Below, in pieces: positions 13,181 through 27,217 of a stretch of 64,000 bases of DNA. The notes under the pieces are model-generated. The model was not told the DNA's origin. It saw nothing but the letters and a program-made list of their open reading frames with translations, and did no database searches. Made by a program: the position numbers and the translations under genes. The stretch's first letter is position 1, and every line of letters begins with the position of its first letter. The stretch comes from the human T2T-CHM13v2.0 reference genome, Homo sapiens: NCBI RefSeq assembly GCF_009914755.1, contig NC_060925.1. One strand, 5' to 3'.

Positions 13181-15586
13181 TAGAAGCTTGGAATACATTT
13201 GTGGACAAAATAGGCAAAGACTTCTACACTTGTGGGCCCTTTATGATGTAGCCTAGAGCTGTGCAGTGTACAACCTGTGCAGCTGTACGTGATCTACATG
13301 GTGGCCCTGGAGAAGCCCCAGCTCTGGAATATGTCTCCCACCCTAAGGAGCAGGAGCAGAGCTTTGGCCTCATGACATTCCTGGGACTATAAGCAACAGC
13401 AGTCTGTGGGCCACCCCCCTTCGCCCTGAGTGCTTGAATAGATGAGGAAGGTGATAAACTTTCCCCTGTAGTTTTCCTAGAGAATTACCCCCTATACCCA
13501 ATACCTACCTGTCCTTGACTTGGCAGCCTCTTAGCAGATTTTTAGAGACTCCACTCTCCAACCTGCAGCGATCTGCTTCAGCTCCTCCTAGGAAATCCCA
13601 ACCCCTTGTTTAGTTCTCCATGTGTCTATGAGCCATGGACAGGTTCTGGGAAAAAGGACACTGAAGGAGAGGTGGCCTGGTTGACAGGAATCTCTCCAGC
13701 TCAGACTGCTCCATACAGCTTTAGAGGTTGTTATCCAGGGAGCTGTGGAGCAGTTACAAGTTTCAGCTATGGGAGGCGGAACTATTTGCTAAACTTCCAC
13801 CACTGCTGCTCCCTACTTCTCTGGCCAATCCAGGTAAGCCTCACCTCCAGTGCAGCTCTGAAGATCTGGCCCCTCAGATCTTTGCCCCATGCCTGGGCAG
13901 AGATTGGCCAGCCCTCCTTATAACTCTGAACTATTGTCTCCCTGGGAAGGCCCAGGGCAGACAGAGAGCCTGCAGAGGGGGCTTTATCTCAAGAAGTGCT
14001 GGCTCCATGCCAGTCTTGGCCAAGGCTGAAGTCTCCCTCCAGCACCACTGAATGGGCAGAAACTGGAACACACCATCCCAAGACCCCCCAAACCCCTTTG
14101 TAAGAGGATTAGGGTCCCCTGGTGAGAGACTTCCCTCCCCACTATAAGGCTGCGGGCAGGCTTACACAGAAGGAGCTCTGGAGAGAGGCAGTTGAAGAGA
14201 GAGGTGACACAGACACAATAGCCAGAGAGATTAAGTGCTGAGAATTACCCCAGCCACAATATTCATCCTTTAAAAGGGCGGAAGGAATAAAAAACTTGCC
14301 TTCCTGGGTGGTGGGAGTCCCAGGCTTCAGAGGGAGCTGAAGATAATTAAAGGTCAGGACATAGGAAGGTTCAGCAAGTGTGGAGTCATCCACGTGAGAC
14401 CAGATGAGCCCAGGGAGGAGGGGAGAGCGGAGAAATGCTCAGTTGTCCCTTCTCTCAAGAAAATCCTTCCAGGAGAAGGAAATGAGAGTGTCCTGTGGTA
14501 TGAATGACTGAGGTCAGATAAATAAGAGAACTTCCTGGCAGGAGGAAAGCTCAGCCCCAGTGGAAGTGGAAGGAGAACAGCCTGAGGTTCATATAAACAC
14601 TGGCACAGTCCAGGGGCAAAAGCTGACCTCATGAGCTCACAGCATCCTTCCTGCTGAAGAATCTGAGGTTGCATGCAGGCAGGAGGGAGCACAGAGGTGG
14701 CAAGCCCCTTGTGATGACATCAGGCCCTGTGAAAGGCAACGTTCTCATCATGGCATTGGAACTCCCACCTATCACGCCAATGAATACTCTTAACATTTGC
14801 AGAGCAATTTTTATATGCCAAGTAATTGCCAGTGATTATTCTATTAAAATTCATTGAAATATGAGTCCATGGCATTCCTCTGTGAGGTTTAATACCTCAT
14901 TCAAAAACCTAACAAAACTCTAATAAAGCACAGAAGTACCAACTGAGAAAATGAGTGCAGCCACAAAATGGGAATATCTTTCTCTCTAGGGTAGTAAGAA
15001 GGCCAGGTTTCTTTAAACCATCTGTCCCAGCTGGTTCAGACTAAGATGGGTAAAAGCTTCTCATTACTTTCGCAGTTGTCTTTACTTTTTTAGAGTCAGG
15101 AATCTCTTTAAGAATTTGACTGATATTACAATATATCCCCCCAGATAAATGGACATATTCACAGTATTTGGCTTATGTTTGATGGCTGGTACTGTGGACC
15201 TCCAGAATCCAGTCTGTGAACATAGATTAAGAAGTTCTGTTCTAGGGTAGTGATGTCATCACTGTGTTGACAAGGTCACCACAGGTTTGGGCCTTGTGCT
15301 TTTCCTCATCAGGTTTTTGGGTTTGTGTGGCCCACAGTGAATTAAGAGGATTTATTACAGAGTAAGACTATCTCCAAGGTCCCTCTTAGTGTTGTGATTT
15401 AATGACCTTAAAACAACCAATTCTTCATGGACAGGTCAAATTAAACTCTAGATTTGCCCATCCCGAAGGACACATGCTCACACAAGGAGTTTGCTTGTCC
15501 CCATCCAACACATGGGCACAGCCACAGGCACACACCCTACCCTCTCCTTCCTTTGCCTGCCTGGAGTTTTCCCTCACCGGCCTGCA

Positions 15587-15715
15587 GTTGCCATGACAAC
15601 TGATCTGGGTGGGTCATGGTCTAAGGGCGATGTACCTGGGTGGTGCAGAGCTCTGCTGAGGCCCAGTGTGCAATATCCACCCCAGTGGTGTGTATGGGAC
15701 AGTTGCCATGGCAAC
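15587..15715. promoter_or_regulatory. Pair of RFX X-box motifs (GTTGCCATGACAAC 15587-15600; perfect GTTGCCATGGCAAC 15702-15715)
   Basis: One exact and one 1-mismatch match to the palindromic RFX consensus, 115 bp apart, outside recognisable repeats. Confidence 0.7.
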
Positions 15716-18700
15716 ATACAGGAAAAGCACATGTGGGAAACATCTGGACTTCTTATCCTGGGCTCTTTATTAGCCTGAGGAGCACAGGGATCTGATTTTA
15801 AATGAGTACAGTTTCAGACAGAGTACCCTAGATTAGGTGTTCTTCTGCCTTTCCCTACTAGAAGCCCCTGAGCAGAGGGAGCAGAGATTCTCTAGCTCCT
15901 CCCTCCACCCAATTTCTTAGATGACCAGCTGCATATATTCTCTTAAGGCCACATAGCAAATCAAGAAGACAACCCAGAACCCCCAAGGCTTGACATTAGG
16001 GAAGTCCTCAGAAGACCCTGACTTGTTGGGACTGTCAGGTCCACTAAAAGTGGACCAAGACCCCAGGACATAGGTCATGGGGCTGAGCTATGAAGCGACT
16101 GGTGTTGCTACAGACCACCAGCTCTGTCTGAAGGATTCTCCTCTGCCACATTCTCACTCCCAGGATTCTGTGGGGCAGTCTTAATGTGACTGCAGTCCTA
16201 GATCATGCAGACTTCAGGTGCAGCAGATGTCTGGGTTACAGGAGCTCCTCAGCAGGACAGGCAGGAGAGTCAGGGCCCTCCTTCCCATTCTTCACTCACC
16301 CTTCTAATACCCAGTCCCCATTTCTCTGCCAGGATCCCAGACTTTCCTGCTGTGGGGTTCTATATGTCTTGGAATCACATGCAGTTATTATATTAAGCAA
16401 GTCTCTAGAAATAGCTGCATGGTAATAGCATGAAGTTATGGGAAGATGTGGAACACACACAGACCTATATTCAAATTCTGATTCCACCAGCAGCCTGCTG
16501 TGTGGTCTTGGGCAAGTGTATGTCTCTATAAAATGAAGATAATGACAGCCCCTGCTTCAAAGGCTTTTATGAAATGATGAACATTACATGTCTAAGAGGG
16601 TCCCTGGCAATAGGAGGTGCTTAGTAACTGTAAGATCCCCTGTCTTTCAGTTCAGCAAGGATCAGTGAGCCCTTACTAACTAACCTATGTAGGGCACTTA
16701 ACAATTCAGCTGGCAGAAGAGGATATCTCCGTGGGATATAAGTAGGCAGAATGTGGGTACCCAGCCCCTGACTATAATCAGTGGGTAGGAAAGGCAGAGC
16801 GGTGTGCGATGGGGTAGTCATAAGGCCTCCTGGAGGAGGTGGCTCTGAAGCTGGGCCTTGAGGGGAGAATTGGATTTGAATTCATATAACAGAAGGCATT
16901 CAGGAAAAGGGCAGAGCAAAGCAAAGGTGCAGGGGTGGGGTCAGGCCTGGAGCAGGGGCATTTAGAGGAAAGCATTAGAGGTCAAAGTTGTCAGCAGGTG
17001 AAGCCAGAGTGGGGAAGGGCTTGAGTACTGCGTGTTGGCCAGCACTGGCCTCTAAGGCAGCCAGATAGCAGAGGCCAGGGGACTGTCCTTTCCTGGGAAG
17101 CCAGCGAGGTCATCAGGTCAGAGATATGCTTCTCTGCAGGACATCATGGAGTTCTGGCTTTAAAAGAAGGAAGGTCTCAATGCTTGGAGATCTGGACCCC
17201 ACTCCCCAAGGAGGGGAAGGAGAAACCCTGTGCCTTGTTGTGCACTGCCAGGGCTCCTCTGCTGAGAAACCAGTCACGAGAAATAGAAGTCCTGTGTTCT
17301 AGCCTGGGGGCCGGGACACTTGGGAGAAGCAAGTGTCCAGCCCTGAGAAGAAGAAGCCCAGCCCTGAGTCAGACCTCCCTAGCCCCCTGACTTTCTAGCT
17401 GAGAAACCCTTGGCTGAAGGAGGGGCCAGTTTTTTGGATTCCAGCCCCTATCCTCCCCTCCCACGTCTGGAACAGGCCCTCCCAAGAGCCTTCAACCAGT
17501 TTCCACTCCCTCCAGGACGACAAAGCCCCGAGAACCCTGCCTCTGAAGGGAGAGCCTGTGCCCCATCCCCATCCCAGCTTGGGGGGCCCCGGCCTCCAGC
17601 TGGGGACATGGGCTTCAGGCTCTGGTCTTGTTTACTTGTGTGACTAGAGGTGACTTGTTTTCCTTCTAAGGGACCTCATTTCCGACCCTGTCCTTTCACA
17701 CGGTGGGCAGGCTCATCCCTGCTCTATCCTTGCCCTGTTGGTGTAGAAATTTGTGTCCAGGCAGCTGTGAGCTCCAAGGAATGTGAGTTGTAGCTTAGAA
17801 TTTCTCGGCATTCCCACCCTTCTGGAAGCTCCCCCGAGACGGTTGAGCTAGAGGGCAGACCGAGGCCCATGACCTCTGGCTCCACTCCCAGCCTCTAGTT
17901 TTCTCTGCCTCATTTTCCCCAATAGACAGGAAGACAATAAATCTCTCTCTGGAGCCCACACACCTGATCTGTAGCCCAGAGGAAAAATCCCCAACCACTG
18001 AACTCAGGGAGTCTTCTGGGGCCAGAGAGGGTGAGCCGGGGACCTGCAGTGTCCACAGAAATATCTCAACTACCAATGCCCTGGAGAAGCAAAGGCAGTG
18101 GCTGGGCTAATGGACCAATCTAGGAAGTCTTCCTGGATGAGGTCCTGGAGGTGTGAGCCACTCAGAGCATCCATATTGGACCACTGTGTCTAGTGTCTCC
18201 TTTTTTTTCAGCAAGTGGGAGTGGGGGATGGGGCTGAAGTCCCAGCTGGGATTACTGCCTGGGCTGTGAGGATACCTTGCCCACTTTTCCCCCTGTCTCC
18301 CAGAAGTGTGGTGAAACTATCCCCATGCCTCTGGACAGAGCAGAGATTTAGGGGCAGAAGAGGGTCTCAGCCCTGAATGCCCCAAGGTCATTCCTCTGAA
18401 GAACTGGAGCTTCCTTCAAAGGAGCAAGGCAAGGGTCTACTGGCCTCACTCTGGCCCAGGGCTTCAGGGAAGGGAGAAAAGATGCTGCTGGGCCACCATC
18501 CCAGAAGCTTGGCTTCCATTCCACACACCAGCTGCACTGTGTCTTGCCACGGGGTATTAAGAGGTCACTGCTGTTTACAATTCCCTACACATCTGTTCCG
18601 AGTCACGCATTCATTCATTTAATCAATCGTCATTCACCAAATATTTTTGAGAGCCCACTGTGTGCACAGAGCTGGGATGGGTTTTGAGAAAAAGTTCAAC

Positions 18701-18859
18701 TGAAGATGAATCCTTGGGAAGCACCAATGGGTGAATGACGAATGACAGCCCTGAACATTAGGAAATGATTAAAGTGGCTGCAGTGAACTGCGTGGGGAGA
18801 GTCAGGGAAGGCGGCCTAGAGGAGGCGGATTTGGCCTCAAGCGGGGCCGGGGAGAAGAG

Positions 18860-19260
18860 AGGACTCTAATTCTACCTCCAAAACCAGCTCCTCCTGAAGC
18901 CTTCCCATTTTGCTTGATGGCAACTCCAATCTTAGAGCTGTCCAGGCCCAAATCCTTGGGGGACATTCTTGGTTCCTCTCTTTCCCACACACCCACATTT
19001 GGCCAATAGCAAATTCTAACAGCTTCAAAATATATGCAGAGCCTGACCACTTCTCACTACCACCACAGTCACCGCCCAGTTCCAAGCCACCATCATCTCT
19101 CACTTGGGTGACTGCAACTGCTTCTGCCCTTGAGCCCAGCAATTTGCTCCCCAAATAGCAGCCAAAGTGGCCTTTTCAAGAGGGAAGCCAGGTCATGTCA
19201 CTCTCTGCTCCCAGCCTACCAAGGCTCCCATCTCACTGGAAGTAAAGCTTTGGGTTGCTT
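18860..19260 (+). mobile_element. L2 LINE fragment
   Basis: gatggcaactcc...caggcccaaatccttgg...ccaagccaccatcatctctcacttgg L2-type motifs. Confidence 0.65.
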
Positions 19261-19574
19261 AAGAAGTCCCATGTTTTGGGTGCTCAAAAAGTCCCTGCTG
19301 ATAGCTGGAATGACATGAGGGAATGACATGGTGGAGAAAAGGACAAAAAGAAGTGGGGAACAATGGCTAGAGGGCTTTCCACAAAGGCAGGGGTGTTGGC
19401 ATCTGCTAGGCAGGTGATGAGGAGACCTTATGGTAGGCATCTAAGCAGAGAAAACGTATAGAAAATGCTTGTCACTGAGTTGGGCAGTGACAACTCCATG
19501 CTGGTCCAGAGTGAGTGGGCTAGGCTTGAAGAGCCATGTGGCTGGGTTCCCAGCCCTTGCTCTCCAGATCCTGA

Positions 19575-21573
<1,999 letters not shown>

Positions 21574-22831
21574 TGACCCCCAGTTCTCCTAACACAGTCC
21601 CAACTGACAGATTCCCCAGACCCCCCACAGACACCTGGGTTACATCCGTTTCTAATCACAGGGGTGTGAGAATGTGATATCACACAGCATGCGTCTCCTT
21701 GGCTGTATGCCTACATCTTCATTCCTCAAATTGCTTTAAGTTATCTGTCAACAGATGTAGTCAAATCACTCATCCTATCGCCATTCCAGAAACTACCAAT
21801 GACTTTGGAAAGAGGAGTGGGATGATGAGCTGGTCTTTGGGGCGCTGAGGATTGGGGACTTTCATGTTCCAAACCAGCCTCTTTCTGCACCTCCCCTTTA
21901 GAAACTTGGTTACTGACTTCACCAGCACCCACTGCCTGCCCAGCCAGGCCTCTCCCTCATCACATAACCTCTTCATTGATCATTGATGGTAGAATCTCTC
22001 TTCAGAGGACAATTTGAAGCCTGTCATTCTAGAGAAGGGGTAAATGGCCGAGTGGGAGGGGCTCAGGGCTGGGTTTGGAGATAATGTGACAGGGCAGGTC
22101 CTTCTCTTTTTAGGAATCACTCGAGGAACCATTCTGCACATACTGGTTTTATCAACTGATGCTGGAATGGCTGTTGCCACAGCAGCAGAGTGCTCCCACT
22201 GCAGTAGAGGATAGTGGGAAACTCATGGGATGTGAAAAGAATCAAAAAAGAGCCAGATAGAGGGAGAGGTCACATTAGGGAGTGTCAGAAACTTCCTGGA
22301 TGCCAAGATGGCTATTTAAAGGGACCACCACCTGGCCATAGCAAGACCCTTTAAAGAATGACAGTGCACAGAGACTGGCACTCAAGGGGATTGGCACTGA
22401 ATTAACCCATGAGATGTGCATAGAAGGTGTCTTCCATTTTATAAACTGACAGGTGACATTTCATGCAGGACAGAGTGTGGAGCACTAGGTTTAGGTGGTA
22501 GGGAGGAGGCTTCTCTTATTGACAACACTTTTTTCTCTTCTCAAAAGAAGCAGAATTTCAGGAGCCATTTATTGAAGGAAGGGAAAGGACTTGGGATTTG
22601 GGGAATAGGATATCCCATGAGAGCATGAGACAAGGTACAGAGGAACAAAGAGGAATAAAGACAGGGGAAGGGACCAGGCCAAAACACCAGATCAAATGAG
22701 ACAGCAAGATAACCAGGAAGGCAGGAAGGAAGATCTGGCCCTGGGGAGGGGGCATAAGGTGACAAGCAAATGCAAGTGGACAGAGCAACAAATGGAATCA
22801 TGTTTCGCAGCAGTTCTAAAGAATTTGAGAG

Positions 22832-23365
22832 CCCATTACTGGGTATATACCCAAAGGATTATAAATCATGCTGCTATAAAGACACATGCACACGTATGTT
22901 TATAGCGGCACTATTCACAATAGCAAAGACTTGGAACCAACCTAAATGTCCAACAACGATAGACTGGATCAAGAAGATGTGGCACATATACACCATGGAA
23001 TACTATGCAGCCATAAAAAATGATGAGTTCATGTCCTTTGTAGGGACATGGATGAAACTGGAAACCATCATTCTCAGCAAACTATCGCAAGGACAAAAAA
23101 CCAAACACCGCATGTTCTCACTCACAGGTGGGAATTGAACAATGAGAACACATGGACACAGGAAGGGGAACATCACACACTGGGGACTGTTGTGGGGTGG
23201 GGGGAGGGGGGAGGGATAGCATTAGGAGATATACCTAATGCTAAATGACCAGTTAATGGGTGCAGCACACCAACATGGCACATGTATATGTATGTAACAA
23301 ACCTGCACCTTGTGCACATGTACCCTAAAACTTAAATTATAATAATAATAAAATAAAATAAAATA
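22832..23365 (+). mobile_element. 5'-truncated primate L1 (L1PA3-5-like): ORF2 C-terminus, 3'UTR and A-rich tail
   Basis: Translation PLLGIYPKDYKSCCYKDTCTRMFIAALFTIAKTWNQPKCP...MFSLTGGN matches the L1 ORF2 end. G-rich 3'UTR. TSD aaag(a/g)atttgagag at 22818-22831 and 23366-23379. Lacks the L1HS ACA diagnostic. Confidence 0.95.
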
Positions 23366-26300
23366 AAAGGATTTGAGAGGGACTAACCTACAGACATGGG
23401 TGTCAGAGATGAGGGACCAAATTAAACCATGGGAGAGGGCACCAGGTTTTGCTCACAGCAGAATACACTGGGTGGAATGTGTCACAGTGAAAATAAGCTT
23501 TCTCAGCCAGGATGGTAGCCAGTGAATTTCCCTTTGTCTGCTAAGGAGAAGATGAATTTACATGCAGAAAGAGGATATAGAGACAGCAAGTAAGAGCAAC
23601 TGTAACCTGGTAAGTCAGAGAATAGGTGTTGTCGGATTCTCAAATTGCTATTTTTAGGAAAGGTGTGGTTCTCATGTGATTGAATTAGGGGCATCTTGTA
23701 TAAATTAGAGAATGACCAATGAGTAAGGATGAGGACTGTAGAAGTGATGGCTTGTGACTTCATTACAAGTACCCTGAAGGATGGGGTAGGAAGAGCATGG
23801 TCATGCTTACTCAAAGATTTGGCACCAAAGATGGGGCTTGATCCCTTGCTTGAGCTGGGACCTCATGTTTGGACATAAGCATGGGTACTTCGTGTGTGCC
23901 CAGAAAAGAAAGTCCCATGATTGGCCTCATCCTTTGGGCACTCTCTGTGCCTTGGCCAAGTTCTGGCATGATACCACTCACATTCCTTTAACCAGTTCTT
24001 CACTGCTTGTCATTTCCTATCTGGAACCACGAACCCTAGTTCCACCCCTGAGTTTCCTAATGCTCGACATAAGCCTCTGAAGCCAATCTGCATTGTGCAT
24101 TGCAGATGGTACAGAATCCTCTTGTAAACCTGTCCTCCACTCCTCTTGTTATTCTTATAATTGGAATATATACACCCATGTCCGTCTACCTGAGATGAAT
24201 GTGTTGATGTGTGTGACATTGCTTTTTTCACAGGGACAGGATTATTATTTTCCCAAGTCTTGTATTGTCTACCTTGTATTCCCTGCCAGACAGGAAATAC
24301 AAGAGTCCAGAGTTCCTCAAGGACAGAATCGCCACCTTTTTTTCTATGTCTCCAAGACAGCCAAGAGTCCATGCTTCTTACCAAACACTTCTCTGCTTGA
24401 GAACTCTATATTCTCGTGCCACTTATCCTTTCTGCTATGATCCCTGTCACGGCAGATTTTATGGCATCTCAATCTGGAAGGCAGAGAGTCCTGAGATAAC
24501 ACCAGAACCCAAGAGTCATGCAGGGTACAAACCCAGCGTACAGTGCTCAGGCCTCCAAATCCATTTAACCAACAGAGTTGCAACACCTGCTCCATGCAAG
24601 GTGCTGAGTGACACAGTTCTACACCCGGAGAGATCCTGCGCTGGCGGGGGAGACAGATAGAGACACAAATACATTTCACACCAGGCAGCAGGTGATGATT
24701 AGTGTTAGGAGAGTGTGTGAACCATGAGACTCACACACAGCGTTCTTCAGATTCTAGGAGAAAGGGAGGAAAGGAGCTAGAGAGATGGAGGTTGGGTTTG
24801 GGGTGGGGAGATAATCTGATGGTTAGACATTCTGGCAAAAAGTTCTTAGGGCTTTATAATCCCTAGAGTGTGGCTCCACCTGGGCCTACCCCTCCTGGAG
24901 CAAGCTTTGCTTTCAGAGAATTCCCCTCCACTTTCTCCTGAGAGCCTTTTGCTCAGGCAACCTGGCTGTGACTTGGGAGGCCATTTGAGGATGGGCAGTG
25001 TCCCCTCTACTGAGGTACAGTCCTAGGCAAACTGCAGACTACTCCATCTGGCTCTTGTTCCCCCTCCACCTCATCCCTGTCCCCTGGGTCCAGTTAGGAG
25101 GAAAGGAAGAAGGGCTTGGGAAACATCTTTTAAAAGCACTCTGCTGCTCTGCTTAACTCTGGCAGGCAAGGGACCCAGTGCAAAGCCTCCTCTTGATTCC
25201 CTAGGTTTGACACAGGCCTTTACAGTTCCAAAGCCCTTCTACCTGTGAAGCTGGTATTATAACCACTATAAAAGAAAACAGAACCAGAGGGGTTCAATGA
25301 CTTTGACAAGGTCACATTGCTAATTGGAATAGAAACCCAGTTTCCTGATCTCAAGAGTTACTCCTTCCCCTACAAAGCCCTCAGCCCCCTCCCCAGTCAA
25401 CGCTAGGCCCCTTCTCTCCAAGCCACCCGTGTCCTACCCCCATCCCCTACCTCCTGGGCTCAGGAGGGCAACCTTGAGCCTCAGAGACTGAAGTAGGGCG
25501 GGACTGGGAGTTTCCTGGGGGAAAACCAAAGACGGTTTGGGGTTGGGGGAGGGGAATGAGCACCCTGGATACCATTCCTCCACCCCTCTCCCGACATCTC
25601 TCTCAGGCCCACGGGCCCACTTTCCCTCCCGCATTCTGAGCCGCCCTCCCTCCGTCTCTTTTACCTGCACCTCCACACCTCCTCAACAGATCTTTATCCT
25701 GGACACGGCAGGGGGTCCCCGTGCCCTCCGAGAATCCAAGAACCCGCCCCGCTTCTACGCGGAAAGCTGGGAGAAAAACTGCTTTTCCTTTATTTCCCCC
25801 TACCCCCCACTCATCCGCCCCTGGAGCTCCGCTCGCAGATACCTCCCCCTCCCGAGCCAGAAATAGACACACTATCTCTCCCCCACCTCCCTCCCCGTGC
25901 GCACACTCGCTCCCCTCCTCCTGTTTGCTCCCCGCCTTCCCCTTCCCTCCTTCCTCTGCTCGGAGCTGCAGCCTGCAGCCTCGACTCGGGCTGGCTGGCT
26001 GGCTGAGTGCGGCCGGGGCGCTGCCCGGCAGTGCGGTGTCCACGGGACTGACAGGCAGGCAGGCCGCGGGCTGGGATCCGGACACCAAAGCAAAAGCACC
26101 GCTGGGCGCCGGAGGAGCCGCGGGGCTTCCATCCTTCCTTTGACTGATTTTTAAATTTTAATTTGTATTTTCCCCGCCGCCCCGCCCCTTTTCCTCCGAC
26201 CCCGCCCTATCGCTCCCCGGCTTCCCTGCTCTTTCCTTTTTCCCGGCTTCCTTCCTCGCGTTTCTTTCCCCTGCGCCCTCGGCTTGCCTCTCTCCCTCCT

Positions 26301-26425
26301 CCCTCGCTCTCTCCCCCTTCTCTCCCCTTCTTCCTCGGTTTCTTCCGTCCTCTCTCTCCCCCTCCTCCTCCCCCGCCTCCTCCTCCTGCGCTCCCGCCCC
26401 CTGCCCCCTCCCCCCGTGCCTGCAG

Positions 26426-26460
26426 ACGCGCGGATCGTCCATGCGCTCCTCGCGGGCAGA
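26426..26460 (+). CDS. NAV1: 5' extension of the NAV1 canonical exon 1 when used as an internal exon (D-ARIVHALLAGR)
   Basis: Acceptor ccccccgtgcctgcag|ACGCG follows a very long pyrimidine tract. G (exon B) + AC gives Asp, in frame with ATG 26461. Confidence 0.72.
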
Positions 26461-27217
26461 ATGCTGGGCAGCAGCGTCAAGAGCGTGCAGCCCGAGGTGG
26501 AGCTGAGCAGCGGCGGCGGCGACGAGGGCGCGGACGAACCGCGGGGCGCCGGCAGGAAGGCGGCAGCGGCGGACGGCAGAGGCATGCTGCCCAAGCGCGC
26601 CAAGGCGCCCGGCGGCGGCGGCGGCATGGCCAAGGCCAGCGCGGCTGAGCTGAAGGTCTTCAAGTCCGGCAGCGTGGACAGCCGTGTCCCCGGCGGGCCG
26701 CCCGCCTCCAACCTGCGCAAGCAGAAGTCACTCACCAACCTCTCTTTTCTCACGGACTCCGAGAAAAAGCTGCAGCTTTATGAGCCCGAATGGAGCGACG
26801 ATATGGCCAAGGCGCCCAAAGGCTTAGGCAAGGTGGGGTCCAAGGGCCGTGAAGCTCCGCTGATGTCCAAGACGCTGTCCAAGTCGGAGCACTCGCTCTT
26901 CCAGGCCAAGGGCAGCCCGGCGGGCGGCGCCAAGACCCCCCTGGCTCCGCTCGCGCCCAACCTGGGAAAGCCGAGCCGGATCCCTCGAGGACCCTATGCG
27001 GAGGTCAAGCCGCTCAGCAAGGCGCCTGAAGCGGCCGTGAGCGAAGATGGCAAATCGGACGACGAGCTGCTCTCCAGCAAGGCCAAGGCGCAAAAGAGCT
27101 CTGGGCCTGTCCCCTCTGCCAAGGGCCAGGAGGAGCGCGCCTTCCTCAAGGTGGACCCCGAGCTGGTGGTGACCGTGCTGGGAGACCTGGAGCAGCTGCT
27201 CTTCAGCCAGATGCTGG
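26461..27217 (+). CDS. NAV1: Neuron navigator 1, canonical first coding exon (MLGSSVKSVQPEVELSSGGG...LEQLLFSQML)
   Basis: Translation recognised as the human NAV1 N-terminus (RKQKSLTNLSFLTDSEKKLQLYEPEWSDDM; KVDPELVVTVLGDLEQLLFSQML). Strong donor CTGG|gtaagt after 27217; 757 coding nt, phase 1. Confidence 0.96.

Noticed and set aside
13700-13833. Possible cassette exon (tctctccag| ... CAG|gtaagc, 134 nt) in the long-isoform intron
   Set aside because: Short pyrimidine tract, frame-shifting length and no NAV-like coding signal; such pseudo-exons are common.
18815-18835. CTCF-like motif gcctagaggaggcgg
   Set aside because: Only about 10 of 15 positions match, with core mismatches; not supportable from sequence alone.
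22770-23138. 122-aa ORF with recognisable protein similarity
   Set aside because: C-terminal fragment of L1 ORF2 in a 5'-truncated insertion; not a functional gene.
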